Shown here: piece after piece, positions 63,598-64,000 of the stretch | Position numbering within the stretch: the stretch's first letter is position 1 | Layout of the letters: every line of letters begins with the position of its first letter | Assembly (NCBI GenBank): GCA_013360865.1 | Contig: JABWAS010000003.1 | Span: 681-64,680 of the forward strand | Length of the DNA: 64,000 nucleotides | Source of the DNA: Candidatus Paceibacter sp. | Lineage (GTDB): Bacteria > Patescibacteriota > Minisyncoccia > UBA9983 | Direction: 5' to 3' | The notes under the pieces: generated by a model | Told to the model about the DNA's origin: nothing | Database searches by the model: none | What the model saw: the letters and a program-made list of their open reading frames with translations, nothing else | Program-made: the position numbers and the translations under genes

Positions 63598-64000
63598 ATG
63601 AAAGTTCTCTTAATTAATCCGCCATATACCAACTTTGAAGGAATGAAAAAATCCGCCGGCAATACTATGCCCCTTAATCTGGCTTATCTGGCCTCTTACC
63701 TCTTAAGTAAGATAACCTGCGAGATTAAGATTATAGACTGTGAAACAGAGGGTATGGGCTATAAAGAAATAGAAGAAACCGCCGTCCAGTACAGACCCGA
63801 TGTCGTTGGTATAACAACGCTTACTCCGCCAATGAAACATGTGGTGCAAATAACCAGAATAATTAAAAACACAAATCCTGATTGCCTTGTTGTTTTGGGC
63901 GGAGTGCATCCAACCGCTTTTCCAGAGAAAACAATGGAAGAAAGCGGGGCCGATTTTGCCGTAATCGGCGAAGGAGAAATAACATTTTACGAAATAACAA
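63598..64000 (+). CDS. Second B12-binding-domain radical SAM protein (partial, runs off window)
   Basis: Manual translation MKVLLINPP, PLNLAYLASYL, RPDVVGIT, LGGVHPT, DFAVIGEGE. Confidence 0.85.
   Translation, partial: MKVLLINPPYTNFEGMKKSAGNTMPLNLAYLASYLLSKITCEIKIIDCETEGMGYKEIEETAVQYRPDVVGITTLTPPMKHVVQITRIIKNTNPDCLVVLGGVHPTAFPEKTMEESGADFAVIGEGEITFYEIT

Overview
Low-to-moderate GC bacterial chromosome segment (code 11) that looks like Patescibacteria/CPR (Parcubacteria-like). The signs are short IF-2, RpoB and RpoC, a VirB2/TrbC-like pilin array, DUF5671/DUF5667-type proteins, leaderless-type promoters and tRNA-Ile(UAU); this assignment is inference. Housekeeping genes include infB, tyrS, rbfA, gpmI, eno, gyrA, recG, ftsH, smpB, ssrA, typA, tgt, rpoD, dnaG, rpoC and rpoB. 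The window also holds six normal tRNAs, one aberrant tRNA-like gene, glycogen genes, DsbA/VKOR, nirK, secreted hydrolases and the start of a GT2/B12-radical-SAM cluster. The most unusual signals are non-coding: (1) hairpin elements sharing an AAATTT(T/G)C-N-G(A/C)AAATT core whose outer arms often mirror the 3' end of the neighbouring gene, tRNA or tmRNA; (2) a ~290-nt multi-hairpin RNA candidate with its own promoter and terminator; (3) a small ORF plus tRNA-Pro-like gene with a shortened anticodon arm; (4) seven REP-like nested double palindromes, one in-frame in dnaG. Five genes (infB, tyrS, FNR, nirK, rpoB) carry short deletions, duplications or frameshifts that are most likely assembly errors.
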